From: Trichoplax sp. H2
Taxonomy: Eukaryota
NCBI GenBank assembly: GCA_003344405.1
Contig: NOWV01000021.1
Span: 434,001 to 498,000, forward strand
Length of the DNA: 64,000 bases
Reading direction: 5' to 3'
The notes beneath the pieces were generated by a model. The model was not told the DNA's origin and ran no database searches. It saw nothing but the letters and a program-made list of their open reading frames with translations. Positions 38,059-51,104 of the stretch are shown in pieces. Made by a program: the position numbers and the translations under genes. Position 1 is the stretch's first letter, and each line of letters opens with the position of its first letter.

Positions 38059-41000
38059 GGACATTGAACCTATACCCAAAATGCTCGAATAAACAAAACA
38101 TTAATGTGGTGAGAAATGGTAATCCATCCTAGTTGCTCTACTCAACTATTCTATCTCTTGGCAAAGGTCATATCTGTAGACGCGGTTACTTGAAAGTCTA
38201 CCGAAATTTTAACTAGATCTGGAGAAACGTGCTTTGTTATTTTTTCTAGCAATCAGATTCATATAACCCAATAGGATCGAATACTTGTATGCAGTTAATA
38301 GTTCAGCTCCTGCTTGTTACGCGTACTGCAAGTGTTCTGCAAGATCGTTGAAAAACAACGTAAATTTCGTATCAGTCCGTACGTTTCGAGCTGTTTTTCC
38401 CGTATACTTGTACGTACAGTAAATTGAAGGCCCGCCCTACAATTTATTTACAGCTGGCAAAATTTGCAGTTTGTTGCTATTTTTAATCCTTTCATGTCTT
38501 TATCTTTGTAAATGCTGCTTGCGTCGACAAATAGTATAAATTCTTAAATGATTATGTAATTGATATAATCAGCACTTCTTCTCGTCTTATTTTACTTCTA
38601 ACACTCGCCGCATTTCATTTCATTCTTCTCGTTGTCCACAATTATTAATTAAGTGCATCAATATCGATATCACAAGAGATTCTCTCCGCAATATTGTATA
38701 TCACTACGCTACAACGTAACGTAGTGCCAGTCTGGGATTTCTAAATACTCATCCAGTGTAGTAGAATAGAAGAAAGTCCCTGATGGGATTTTAAATCCAT
38801 CACGGCTGTAAATTATTATAACGTCACTGTGTGCTCTACTTACATCGCACAAGCAATAGCTAAATATTCCGTCGGTTAATATCGAGATAACTTCTTTCTA
38901 ATCACAAAGACGTTAAACGGGACCGTTAGTTAAAATTTTTCGCAAGCTTATGAATGTCAACAAGCCTATTCTATTAAGTCAGTCAAAATTAACAGATAAA
39001 AGCTTCTGTTGGGTAGAAATAAGTTTTTAAGTACAGTGTTTTAATGGAGATAAGCATTAAAGCAGTCAAAACTCGTAATATTCATTAAACACACGCAGAA
39101 CACCCAAAAATTTAGATCGTATTTCAAAGTAACACTTTATAAATTTGGTGCAGCAATCTATTCCATAATACAAACGCTAAAGATATACTTTCGAGGATTT
39201 CCAGTGTACAACTGATCTGCAATGGGTTACTGATAATGCATTGATTTGATAAAACGTGTACACTCTAGTTTTAAAAAAGTATGAAGGTAATAATAAGAGG
39301 TAACTCCAGGATCTTCGATAATTGTGGTGTTATCTAACTGTCTATTATTATTTATAATGGTTATAATATTTTAAGAGATTGCAAAGAAATACTATTAACC
39401 ATTTGAAGTACTGTAGATATGCAGCTACCTACTCCTCATTCACGTTGAAAATAGCTCACTACGCTACATTAATTGTCAGAAGATTCGTATGTTCGACAAA
39501 TATCTGCTATTACTTAGTAATATCACGAACACATAGCTGACAGCAAAGAGGTAAAAGTACTGTATAGCTGTACATGGTAAATGATTTTTATAAAAATCAT
39601 TAGTCTATGAGATCGTAAGAAGTGTTCTGATGACAACAAAATATAGGAGTACAGTGCATTCAGCAACGCCAATATAACTATTCTTATGTTGCAAGTTTGA
39701 AACGTTTGCTAATGGTTTACCTGGCATTATCATATTGTACGATTGTATCAGGGACTTCTCTCTCTCAGAAGTCTCTGATTATATGTACAGTCTATCACTT
39801 ACAATCAGCCTTTTATGGAGTAGCATTAGGGATCTTTTCATAAGAAATGAGATACAATGTGTGTGTGTATGTCGATATTTGTTTCATTTCACTATCCATA
39901 TAGATCAAAATAAATTTACGTAACATCATTTGCCAAGCACCGAAATTTTTACTCAATGCATTAATTACGACTGACTGCAAATACGGTTAGTACCGATGTG
40001 ACGATGTCATTCTTACTTCATTGAAGAACCTGTAAGTGGTACAAATTGAAATCCTGTAACAATAGTCATAACCGTTTTAATCTTGTACTTGGGCAGCCTT
40101 TGTAAGAATGATATTTCCATTGCTGTCTTAAAGACCATAATTTGTCAATAACAGAAACTTTATCTCAGCGAAAAAGCCTTGGTGAGCTTCAAATTAGAAT
40201 ATATCAACTTGTGAGCATATACTTTGACCCAGTACGTTCACATATTAGTGCACTGGATAAATTTATTTCACTATAATTTGTCAGTTTTAAGTGACCGTAT
40301 ATTTATATGTACATATTGATGATGGTATTACATGCTATTGTATTGAATAGATCATGATCAAGCAATTAAAACTAACCTACATATCGCTCTGTTATATTTT
40401 CGTAATTCAATATCTTCATTAATACTACCACATGTGTTGACGGTTTTCTAGCTGAAGACGGAGGTCTTTATGCTCTGCATCCCTACGCTTTGTAAAGCTA
40501 GTAGTTCCAGATATAGCATTTGGGACACCAACCAACAACTGTAATTCATCGTGTAAATGCAATGATAGATCAAAAATAATTAAAATATTACCTTATGAGT
40601 TATTTATAATCCTATATCATTCACGATTACATTATGGATGAATAGACTGACCATGTTCAAGTTGACTACAGACATTACAAACAATACAACATAAATGGTA
40701 TGGCAGATCAGAAAAAAATCGCAAGTACTTACTTTTTATTCTGTCACCCCATAATAATTGGTAAACTACTGTAAATGTCTGTTTTGCACCTTCATGTATT
40801 AAAAGCGCTATACACTGTATTACTCTTATACTAAATTAAAAATAATTCTACATACCACGTACACTAGCGTCTACTCTTACACACATAAGAAGTACAGGAT
40901 TGTGGATTTTCTTACGATTTTATCATGTTAAAACGAAATAGAATCGTATGTATGTGATTACTACTTAGCTAGTACCGTAATAGCGCACACTGCATAATGT

Positions 41001-44000
41001 TTATATATTGTATGTTAGCTTAATAAGATCAGGATAATGTCAGTGGTAACATACAGTATGTGATTAATATAGTAAGGGATGGTACTTTTATGCATAGTAA
41101 ATGAAAGACGATTCCAGTAGATCTACTGTCACCATCCATCCTGCGGGGGTGCTTTAACTTTAACCTCAGTGGAACATGTTAGGACACATAAAAGTTATTT
41201 ATGGCACAACTCATCCTTTGAGTGCTGAATAATCTATTGCATTATTACGATAATTAATCAACTGTAAATTATGTCCTTTATATAAACTATAAAAAAAGGC
41301 GTCATCTATACAAGGAATCCATTTTCTTATGGATTGTACTTAGAAAAGCGCATGAGAAATTTTCATCTTACATAAACATTATGCCGTCAATAATTACGGA
41401 TGCAGTGTAATCATAAGTTTTCTATACTGTGGTTTAAATCATAGATAGTATAAACTCGTTTTGTTGATATAGTACGTGAAATAGAAGAAAAGTAATTTTT
41501 GTTATTAGCATTGAAGTAACTGAACAATTTACAGTTATACAGTACAACAGCAATCGTTATAGTACAGTATGCATGTACATTGTACAGTTAGTACGCATAC
41601 GCTACGTGGTAATTAAGTTGTTAAAAGTCATTCACGTAGAACATGTATTAGAACTTGAATTTTTCATTCCTTTGCTAAATTTTGTTTCCGTAAAACCTGA
41701 TTTTATCACTCAAAAACTGTCATTAAACGCTTTCAATTTCTATAACCTAGATACTGTCTGTACTAATAACGCGTTATCATAATGGTGGCATACTGTAAGA
41801 CGTCCAGTACATGCCTGAGCAAGTCTCATGATTCAACAGATGCTTATATTGTGCGTTGTTGAGTGCTATCTTTATGACTGACCTAGATTTGTAATCTAGA
41901 ATATATTGGCCGTAGTTGATTATGATCACGAAGAGCATAAAATACAGCAATGCTGTCCGAGCTTCGGCTTACAGCAATGACTATACATTGATAGGTACTT
42001 CTACAGTTCTACTGAATTAACAATTAAAAGAGTCTAAAGTTTCTTCGTACTATCTACTGCAAGTAGGAGTTAAAATTAATAATATGAAGCAAATTACAAA
42101 GTACTGTACATACCACATTATAATGATTTAAAGGAAAGAAACTATTAAGCAATGCTAAATTCAAGTATAAATTACATAGTAGTTAGGGGATGTACGATAA
42201 TTTTATGATCTAATCTCTCATCTGATTTGAGTATCTATGTACTATATACCTTGGTAAAACAATTGGAAAGCTTTGGATGGAAGTTTAGTGGGCCCCTAAG
42301 TACTGCTTCTTACATTATGGGTACATGTTCCGGAAGACAGTAACATAGATTCACCACAACCAACCAAGGCCGTAAGTTGATATTAGTAACCAGTTAGCGT
42401 AGCTGCTTTGACAGGTTTACCATATTGACTAAAATGCTGTAGGCAAATAGCAGTCTAGCTGTCAGTCTCCTCAAGACGGTTGTATGAATCGGTACGACTA
42501 CGACACGCCGACAATATAATACTGTCTGTATATATTTAATTTACACATTACTACTTGAAAGTTAGATTCAATACACAAAATGTCAATGTATTATCGTTTA
42601 CTATGGCGATACTGCTCTATCCAACACGCTACTACACAACGAATTATATCTTGAGAAACAAATAAGCCTTATTGCATTCGTGGTGTCCAAAATCAATTAC
42701 TGACTAAAATGACGAGCAAGCGGGCGGAGTTAATACCTATTCTAGTGTGACCTATTACTACTTAATTCTTAATTCTAAAGCATTTATAATTTGTTGTTGT
42801 TTCTAAAGTAGGCAATAAGGTGCTACACCACATGAATACTTCTGCTTACGTAAACAGTATGCCTTAAGAAAAATTACTACGCACTTTGCACTAAAAATGG
42901 CCGTAATCTCAAATCACTAATTACATTTGTACGACTTTGTACAAAATATGTTCTACTTATATAAGTATGCAGAATAAATGCGTAGGTATAGTACTATACT
43001 GTACAGTACTGTAAAGATATCGTTGATTGTATGCATTAGCTGGGTAGAGTTCCAGAGATATTATGCAAATTTAGCTTTATCAAAAGATTGGAATCAGATA
43101 TTTGAAAACTTCATCAATGATATCAGTACTGTTGTTGACGTCTTATAAATGCGATATAATAACTATAAGTATCTATGCAAAGCAATAAAAACTAGCCAAA
43201 CTGTAATTAATTGCACCTACAGTAGCTGTCCTCCTAGTTCAGCTTGTAAAAGATTGACACTAATAACGTAGAGCAAAATACTGTAGATAAACCAGTGCAG
43301 CATACTGATGCGGTATTCGCTAAGACCATAATAGATACGTTGATACTAGCAAAATAGCACGGTGCTGAAAATTCGTGTAATTGTTATTTATGCTTTCAGC
43401 ATGCCGTAATAATTTATTTAGCTATTTCCCAGCCAAAAGAAAAAATACTGTAAATATAATATATAAATACCGGTATCACGGCGATACTAAATGCACAATC
43501 TGTGCGATGACTTGTACGGCAATATTGAAAATTTGGGCGTTGGAAGCGTTTGAAGTTATGTTCAAGACACTGACAAAGTTTGATTCATCCTACAGAAATT
43601 ACAGAAATGTAGCACCTACCTAATTCTAAACATGCACTAACTTGTTACGAAGGCAAATGTAAATTATGAAATAGTTTACGTAAATAATGCCGATATAATT
43701 GATAAACAGATGAAAAAATATTTTAATAGAATTAGTCAATGTGAAAACTCGAAATTTGGTAGCGAGCTTTACTAAGCTGCTTACGCTGTCCAATAATGTA
43801 ATATAGCTTGACTCCATTTTAAAGTTATCTCTCAAGTAGGAGTTAAGACTGTTGTCATTAGCTCGTTGCTGTACAACATTAATCACAAAACTGTGAACTA
43901 CAATTATTAACGCCTACAAGTGTACGGCATAATCCCATTATAGTTTATATAGTTAGTTTGTATAATATTGTAGCGAGCATCTCCACAGAGGACGCATTGT

Positions 44001-44870
44001 ACAGTATAGCTACCATTACGTCATGAAAGTCCAATTCTTTGCGATTAGAATTTAGAATCCAGAAATGCAATGGCAAAAGAATGCCAGTCAAATTGCAATA
44101 ATTATGTCGTGTTGCTGTTGTCACAATGCCAAGTCTCGCGTACATGTTCATGCATGCTTATTTCGAATTGGCCAATGATACGCCAATGCATTCATTCTTG
44201 TAATGGGCGGTACTGCATTACACTAGGTAATATTCAGCATTCGCCGTGTTACTAATAAATAATTCATGATACTCGACCATTGTACATTATATTATTACAA
44301 CGGACGTGAACTCCGTATTCCTGAGCGACAGAGGATATGTGCCCTTGCTAAGCATTCCACCACGTTTAACCTGTAGTCCAAAACATTTACACCTGCTTCA
44401 ACTCTGCAAGTGTAGAACCTTGATCTCTTGTATCGGTTTTTATTCTACTATGCTGTACAGTACAGTACTGTATGTTTGAATCATGCTAATGTACTGGTAC
44501 CGGTAGATTAGATCCGTATTGGAGTGGTTGGGGAATCTAAAATGGACACTGTAGAGTGGAGATTGTAGAGAAAGTAGGTCCCTACTGTTGAGTAAGACTA
44601 GTCCAAGAAAGAAAGAAAAATGTGCAGTATTGTACAGTAATGAGTCAATTTATATATGTATCAATACAAGACTAACGTGAGCCAGTGAACAATGCTGACT
44701 GTAAAATAAATGGAGTAATTGGAGTCTCGTTGGAGACTGCAATGTACATATTGACTAAAGTCGGCAGACAGAAGGAGGAACCTACAAATTTATCAAGATT
44801 TCCGACTGTCTTGTTTCCCAATTTCATACGTTTTAGAAGGATGTGAATAATGCATCCAGTAGTATCCAAT

Positions 44871-46443
44871 ACTGAATAGGAAAAGGATGGATGTATTGAT
44901 GGCGGATTGAGTTGATACAGTATTAGCGCTATTAGTTGATCCATTTGCGATTGAATTTTTTTCATGCAATGGTACTAGTACCGGTACTGGTACCGTTGCA
45001 AACAAAGGGCACTAGACTGTACCATTACGAAATTATACTTGATTTTTCCCATCAATGCTGTTGACTAGCCCGTGATACTGTATCATATAAAGAGCAGTAG
45101 TCCATAAGCATACTGATACGGTGTACACTCAGTCCAGCTGTACTGTACTGTACTAGTGGACATGTTCAATACTGTACTGTACAGTACACTGTACAGTACA
45201 GTACAGTACTGTACTAGATACAGTACGTCGATTGTAGCGATAAAGTATTGGTCCAATGATAACAATGCAGAAGTGAGATAAAACGTTGGTTGGTTGATAC
45301 GTTGGTTGCTGTGCTGAAGCGACGAAAACGATCGTGACTGTGATGAAGGCTTGCGAGTCAAGTGCATCATTGAATTCTTAGTCGACAATTGAAAACGTCT
45401 TCCATTGCATAAATTCAAAGTAGAGCAGTAACACTTTCTTGTTCTTTTACCTAGTTGGATTGGATGGAATGAAATAGTTTAAACCACTGGTGAAAACTGA
45501 AAGAAAGAACCATCTAAAAAGAGTCATTGCCATCCTAATGCTTTTCCCTCTTTGGCTTGTGACTGGCCAACTTGCATACCACAACGACACAAGTTGTGAT
45601 ACAACNNNNNNNNNNNNNNNNNNNNACTGAATAGGAAAAGGATGGATGTATTGATGGCGATTGAGTTGATACAGTATTAGCGCTATTAGTTGATCCATTT
45701 GCGATTGAATTTTTTTCATGCAATGGTACTAGTACCGGTACTGGTACCGTTGCAAACAAAGGGCACTAGACTGCAATGGTACTAGTACCATTACGAAATT
45801 ATACTTGATTTTTCCCATCAATGCTGTTGACTAGCCCGTGATACTGTATCAAATAAAGAGCAGTAGTCCATAAGCATACTGATACGATGTACACTCAGTC
45901 CAGCTGTACTAGGGGACATGCTCAATACTGTACTGTACTGTAGAATCTTGGCTGTACAATACTGTGTACTGTACTAGATACAGTACGTCGATTGTAGCGA
46001 TAAAGTATTGGTCCAATGATAACAATGAAGAAGTGAGATAAAACGTTGGTTGGTTGATACGTTGGTTGCTGTGCTGAAGCGACGAAAACGATCGTGACTG
46101 TGATGAAGGCTTGCGAGTCAAGTGCATCATTGAATTCTTAGTCGACAATTGAAAACGTCTTCCATTGCATAAATTCAAAGTAGAGCAGTAACACTGTCTA
46201 TTTTCTTGTTCTTTTAGCTAGAAAATGTCTTCCATTGCATAAATTCAAAGTAGAGTAGTAACACTGTCTACTTTCTTGTTCTTTTACCTAGTTGGATTGG
46301 ATGGAATGAAATAGTTTAAACCACTGGTGAAAACTGAAAGAAAGAACCATCTAAAAAGAGTCATTGCCATCCTAATGCTTTTCCCTCTTTGGCTTGTGAC
46401 TGGCCAACTTGCATACCACAACGACACAAGTTGTGATACAACG
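44871..46443 (+). repeat. Near-identical duplication flanking an N-gap (44871-45605 versus 45626-46443), probably an assembly or haplotype artefact
   Basis: The post-gap sequence restarts at actgaataggaaaaggatgg; both copies end with gttgtgatacaac; small indels between them. Confidence 0.85.
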
Positions 46444-47686
46444 CTTCAATGATGGTCAAAGGTAATGGACAATTCAATGGTGACACGTTGTAGAATTGAC
46501 TTTGCAAGCCAACCCAATGTTGTAAATATATTTCAGTCATCTATCAATGTCCATTGAATAGGATTGGGTTGGGGGATTATGTTGTCCATCTTTGGACTGA
46601 AAAGGAACTAGGATATAGATCTCCTGAGTAACTCTATCTTTAACGTGATTGTACTCTACTCTACTCTACAGTCGAAAGAAAGAAGCTTTTTACTCGACTA
46701 CTTAGTAGGAGTACCAAGTAAGATCGACTATCCATTTTGAAAGACTAGTCTCTACTAAATTAGACCACCTATTTGGCTACCATTCAAAGAATGTATTGAT
46801 TGAAATGTCATGAGCGTAAAGCTTTCCTTTGACATTACAGTATTATTAATTAAAGCTTATTGATTGTTGATTACTACATTGTCCACTAGAGAATTCTTGA
46901 CTTCTTTAAAAGTGTTAGAAACTGCAATTTTTCTTCTATAATTGAATGCTACCTATACACGAGTAATGGAAAGGAATGCACATTTATAAAAGACCAATCA
47001 TCGTCTATGTATGATTGCACAATTCGCCAAAGTAGAGGACAATAAATACCGACTTTGCATAAGGATTCATGCTCTGCCTATCCAATGGTCTTATTTTTCT
47101 AGTTGTACCTACGTATTCTACTGTAGAGTTGAGTAACCATGATTTCTCATCGAAATGTTTAGGCAATGGTGTGACTGTAGTGGACTTTACAGTATGCTTT
47201 TCCATTCAATAACGACAGTACGGTACTGTATTGTATTACAACAATTGGCTAGTATATCCATTGGAATAGCAGTACAGTAGTCCGAAAGAAAAGATAAATT
47301 AACAAACTTCATCAATATTAGTCCTCTACATTATTTGTACGTTTGATCAATCTCGTTATTCGCTTCGACCTACTACTGTACATAGTTTACTACTAACAAT
47401 AATAGTTATATATTGTAATAATTGAAAATATGTTTATCGCACAGGGTTTGTATGAATAACAAACTTGCAGAGCACTGTATCATTAACCAATACTACAACA
47501 TCTATATGTCTCCTTAAGCATTATGTCGTAGATTATTACTAATAAATTTATTCATCCATGATTGTATAATAATAATAATTAATGAAAGTAAATTCTCATT
47601 CGTAGCTGGATATGATACTCCAAATTTCATTACTAATTCTACATTTTTTATTATTCTAGTGAACGACTTCTTTGAATAGATTTAAA

Positions 47687-50600
47687 ATGAAACGAAGGTA
47701 GGGTTAGAACTAGTTTAACGCGAGACTGATAGTTACACATGTAATGCATACTTGCAAAAGTTACATTAACTTTTACCAGTCATATATGATCTGTTGTATT
47801 CTACAATACTTCAGTTTATGTATCAGAGACACTCCTGCAAGTAGCAACACATTGAATATTATTTCTAGTGTAAAAGATCGAAGTAGCTTGCAACTGTTAT
47901 TGCTAGCGTGCTTATTGCTCTGAAGTAAGATATATTGTATTTATTACTGTACTGTACCATTTGCATGCAAGGCTTTATCAACTCAAAATACAAATCATAT
48001 GACAATTATTACACTACCGTATAACACTTACACAATAGTATCATTAATGTACAGTATAGTGGCTAGGATATAGTCGGTAAAGTTAATAAATAAATAATAA
48101 ATGTAGTCAAACTTATAATTACAATTTGATCCATATTCTCTCAACCTATAATTCTATACATCGTTATATCTCTTAATATTTTTACTGTATACTCTATAGA
48201 ATAATGTAATCACTTCTTTATGGAAAATTAAAAACTTTTAAAACTAAATTTGCTATAATACTTTCCCAACAGCTTCGCGAACACAAGTCATAGCGACCCG
48301 GGTTCGACCAGCAGTGGTAGCCTTAGTGGCAGTGATAGTAATCCTAAAAAATGCAAATATTGCTCTAGTAGCAGCTCTGGTTCTCCTAAGAAGGAAAGCA
48401 ACAATGTTTACTATGGAGAATTAGTTGTTATTGGGTTAGTTAATTATTTTCTGGAATTTCGATTTCGTAATTAAGTAATGACTTCACTGGTAAAAGTATA
48501 GTAATGATACCCAGCATTAGTACAATATGCTTATGCTAGTGTTCATTTGTAACCAGTCAAAGTATGTATAACATCTGCCTTAATTAATAATTTTTATAAC
48601 TATATTATACTGACCATTACCTTGATATCCCTTCAATCTCTTTTTACACCGTCTTGCATTACGTACGCTTTTAAGCACTCGGTCAGTAATAAAATTTTAT
48701 AAAACATAGTCTGTTATTATACATGTGGCAGTTAGATACAGGGAATCTAAAGAAAGATATTAAAATCTTTATGTAGTATCTACAGTATTTTAAAATACAA
48801 ACTGAACTATAAAATAATAGTTGTACATCGGAACTGATAATACTACTAATAATACTACTACTAATAATAATAATAATAATACTATAATAATACTAATAAT
48901 ACTATAATAATACTAATAATGCTACTAATAATACTTTATGCGTTAATTATAGATATAACGGCAAACTGCCAACAGGTAACTGTGGAAAACTTCGAAGTAA
49001 ATTTGAATTAAAGAAAAGAAAGATTGCCAATTCTGTTAAAGCTTCTGTGAAGTATACAATAAAAGCTGAAGTTGATAAGGTAATACTATACTACCAATCA
49101 GGTGTGATTGATTTGTTGAACAATCTCGATTTATACGAGCTCTTGTAACCAAAATTATATCGCAACACTGTGGTTGTAATAACGCTGCTAACATGGTCGA
49201 CATAAAATAAATTTATAGAGGATATATGATCGTAGCGTTTATTGTGTCCGATACGGCAATTTTTCTGCGGTGACCTACGAATTCGATGAAGACATGGATA
49301 TGTATCAGGTACGACAATTAATTACTGACGTACTAAAGACATGCAGTTTGATTAATTGACAACAATGGCTGGATTTTCTCTCAATTGATATGCACTACAG
49401 TAAAACTTCAGCTTATCCCACGTAATTGACACTAAAACCTTCACTCTTTAGATTGGTAGAGCTTGCGACGATTTCGTAGATTTTCAAGTCTTAGATACAG
49501 TACCCGGAGCTGAAACGGCTTTAGAACAGACTGCTCTGACACATAGTACGGTATCTCGTTATGCAGCACGTATTGTATGTAGTAGACATCCGCCTTATAG
49601 AGCCCGTCTTCTAGCTGGAGCTTTTGATCACAATCGGAATATTATTTTAGGCGTAAGTAGCATCTTTAAGAAAACTTTATTAAACTGTTTAACAACACCT
49701 GAATCATTCGTATTGTAGAATGCAACTTGTGCTCAGAAAATTTCTGATAATGCTTGCGATATGGATGGATTTACTAGAAACGGAGTTTTACTGTTACATC
49801 CGAAAAATGGCTTTACTGCAGGTTCGGTTCCTGTTTGGCGTGAAATATCTGTTTGTGGTAAGGTATATAAAATAAAGGATTCTCGTGGTGTTTATGAATC
49901 GGAGCAGCTGAGAACTGAGGTAAGCTTATATAACGTAAATCTAACTTGTTTATTTGAAATAACTACCTTCATTATCGTTAATATTCATGCACAACATACT
50001 CTTCAAGTTATATAATACTGGTATGTTATAATGTTGTAGCTTACAGTCGCAGAGAATATTCGCAATGACAGCAACTACTGTACATATTTCTAGATGCTAA
50101 AAATTCTATTGCTGATAATGATCAATTTAGATAACCAATGAATCGAACATTTTAACTGATGGCTGCTTAATTGATCTCTGTGGTGTCACTCTAATGTGGC
50201 GTTCAGGCTACGGCAAACACGAACCTCCTGTAAATAGTAACTTATTACGAGTTTGACCCAAGTTCAGATAAATTGTGCTATCATTGTAGCGCTAATATAT
50301 GGATATATATCTATACGATATTTTTTCGATATAGACAAAGTCCGTCCTTGATCAAGTGAAGCTTCAAATCAGTGAAATGCATGATGCACAAGGTTCACAG
50401 CCACCTCCTTCTCTTCCTACAGTCTCAGGATCGAAGGTAAGATTATCCACATTACTGCATTTATTTCTGTATTAATTCCAACCTATTCATACTATCTGTT
50501 ACTTCCAAAATACACTAACCTAATTTATTAACTATAATTTCTTTTTCTAGCCCGGTGAAAAGACGATGATGTTTGTTAATACCGAGTGCGGTCATATTCA

Positions 50601-51104
50601 GGGTCATTATACTTGGCATGCCGATCAAAATCGGAAACCCCTAGAGGAACGAATGAAAAATTGTTATCACTGCAAAATTGTACGTAAAGTAGTGGTATTA
50701 TTACATAGAAGATATTAGCTTCATTAATTAGTAAATTCGAATAATATTTTACAACTTGTTCTAATATACTTTTATCCCCTTGAACGGTTATAATAGAAAG
50801 GACCCTTTGTACCTGTTAGATTCGGATTAGAACCTTTGATCCATCAGGATTTTTCTTCACCAACTCATGTATTCTCTCCTTGTGGACATGCTATTGCTGA
50901 ACAAACGGCTAGGTTCGAATAATTGTAATAGTATAATGTATTCTTGATTACAGAGTGATTGTATCGTCTTCATCTTCTAATAGGTATTGGGCTAATATTA
51001 CAATCCCACATGGTAGTAAAAGTTTTAAATCGATATGCCCTTTCTGTGGAGTTTCTTTATGTGGCTATGGTTTTGTCCGTATGATCTTTGTTGACGACAA
51101 ATAG
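47687..51104 (+). CDS. PELI: Pellino E3 ubiquitin ligase (FHA domain plus C-terminal RING-like domain), divergent, multi-exon
   Basis: YYGELVVIG|YNGKLPTGNCGKLRSKFELKKRKIANSVK; DMYQ|IGR; STVSRYAARIVCSRHPPYRARLLAGAFD; MDGFTRNGVLLLHP..WREISVCG; LTDGCLIDLCGVTLMWRS; CGH..CYHC..PTHVFSPCGH..YWANITIPHG..CPFC. The start exon ATGAAACGAAG|gt is inferred from phase compatibility. Confidence 0.95.
48836..48935 (+). repeat. Imperfect (TAA/TAC)n microsatellite in a Pellino intron
   Basis: taatactactaataatactactactaataataataataataat... Confidence 0.9.

Noticed and set aside
44672..46178. Duplicated ORFs as a tandem gene pair
   Set aside because: No recognisable protein features, frames differ between the copies, and the duplication straddles an N-gap (likely a haplotype artefact).
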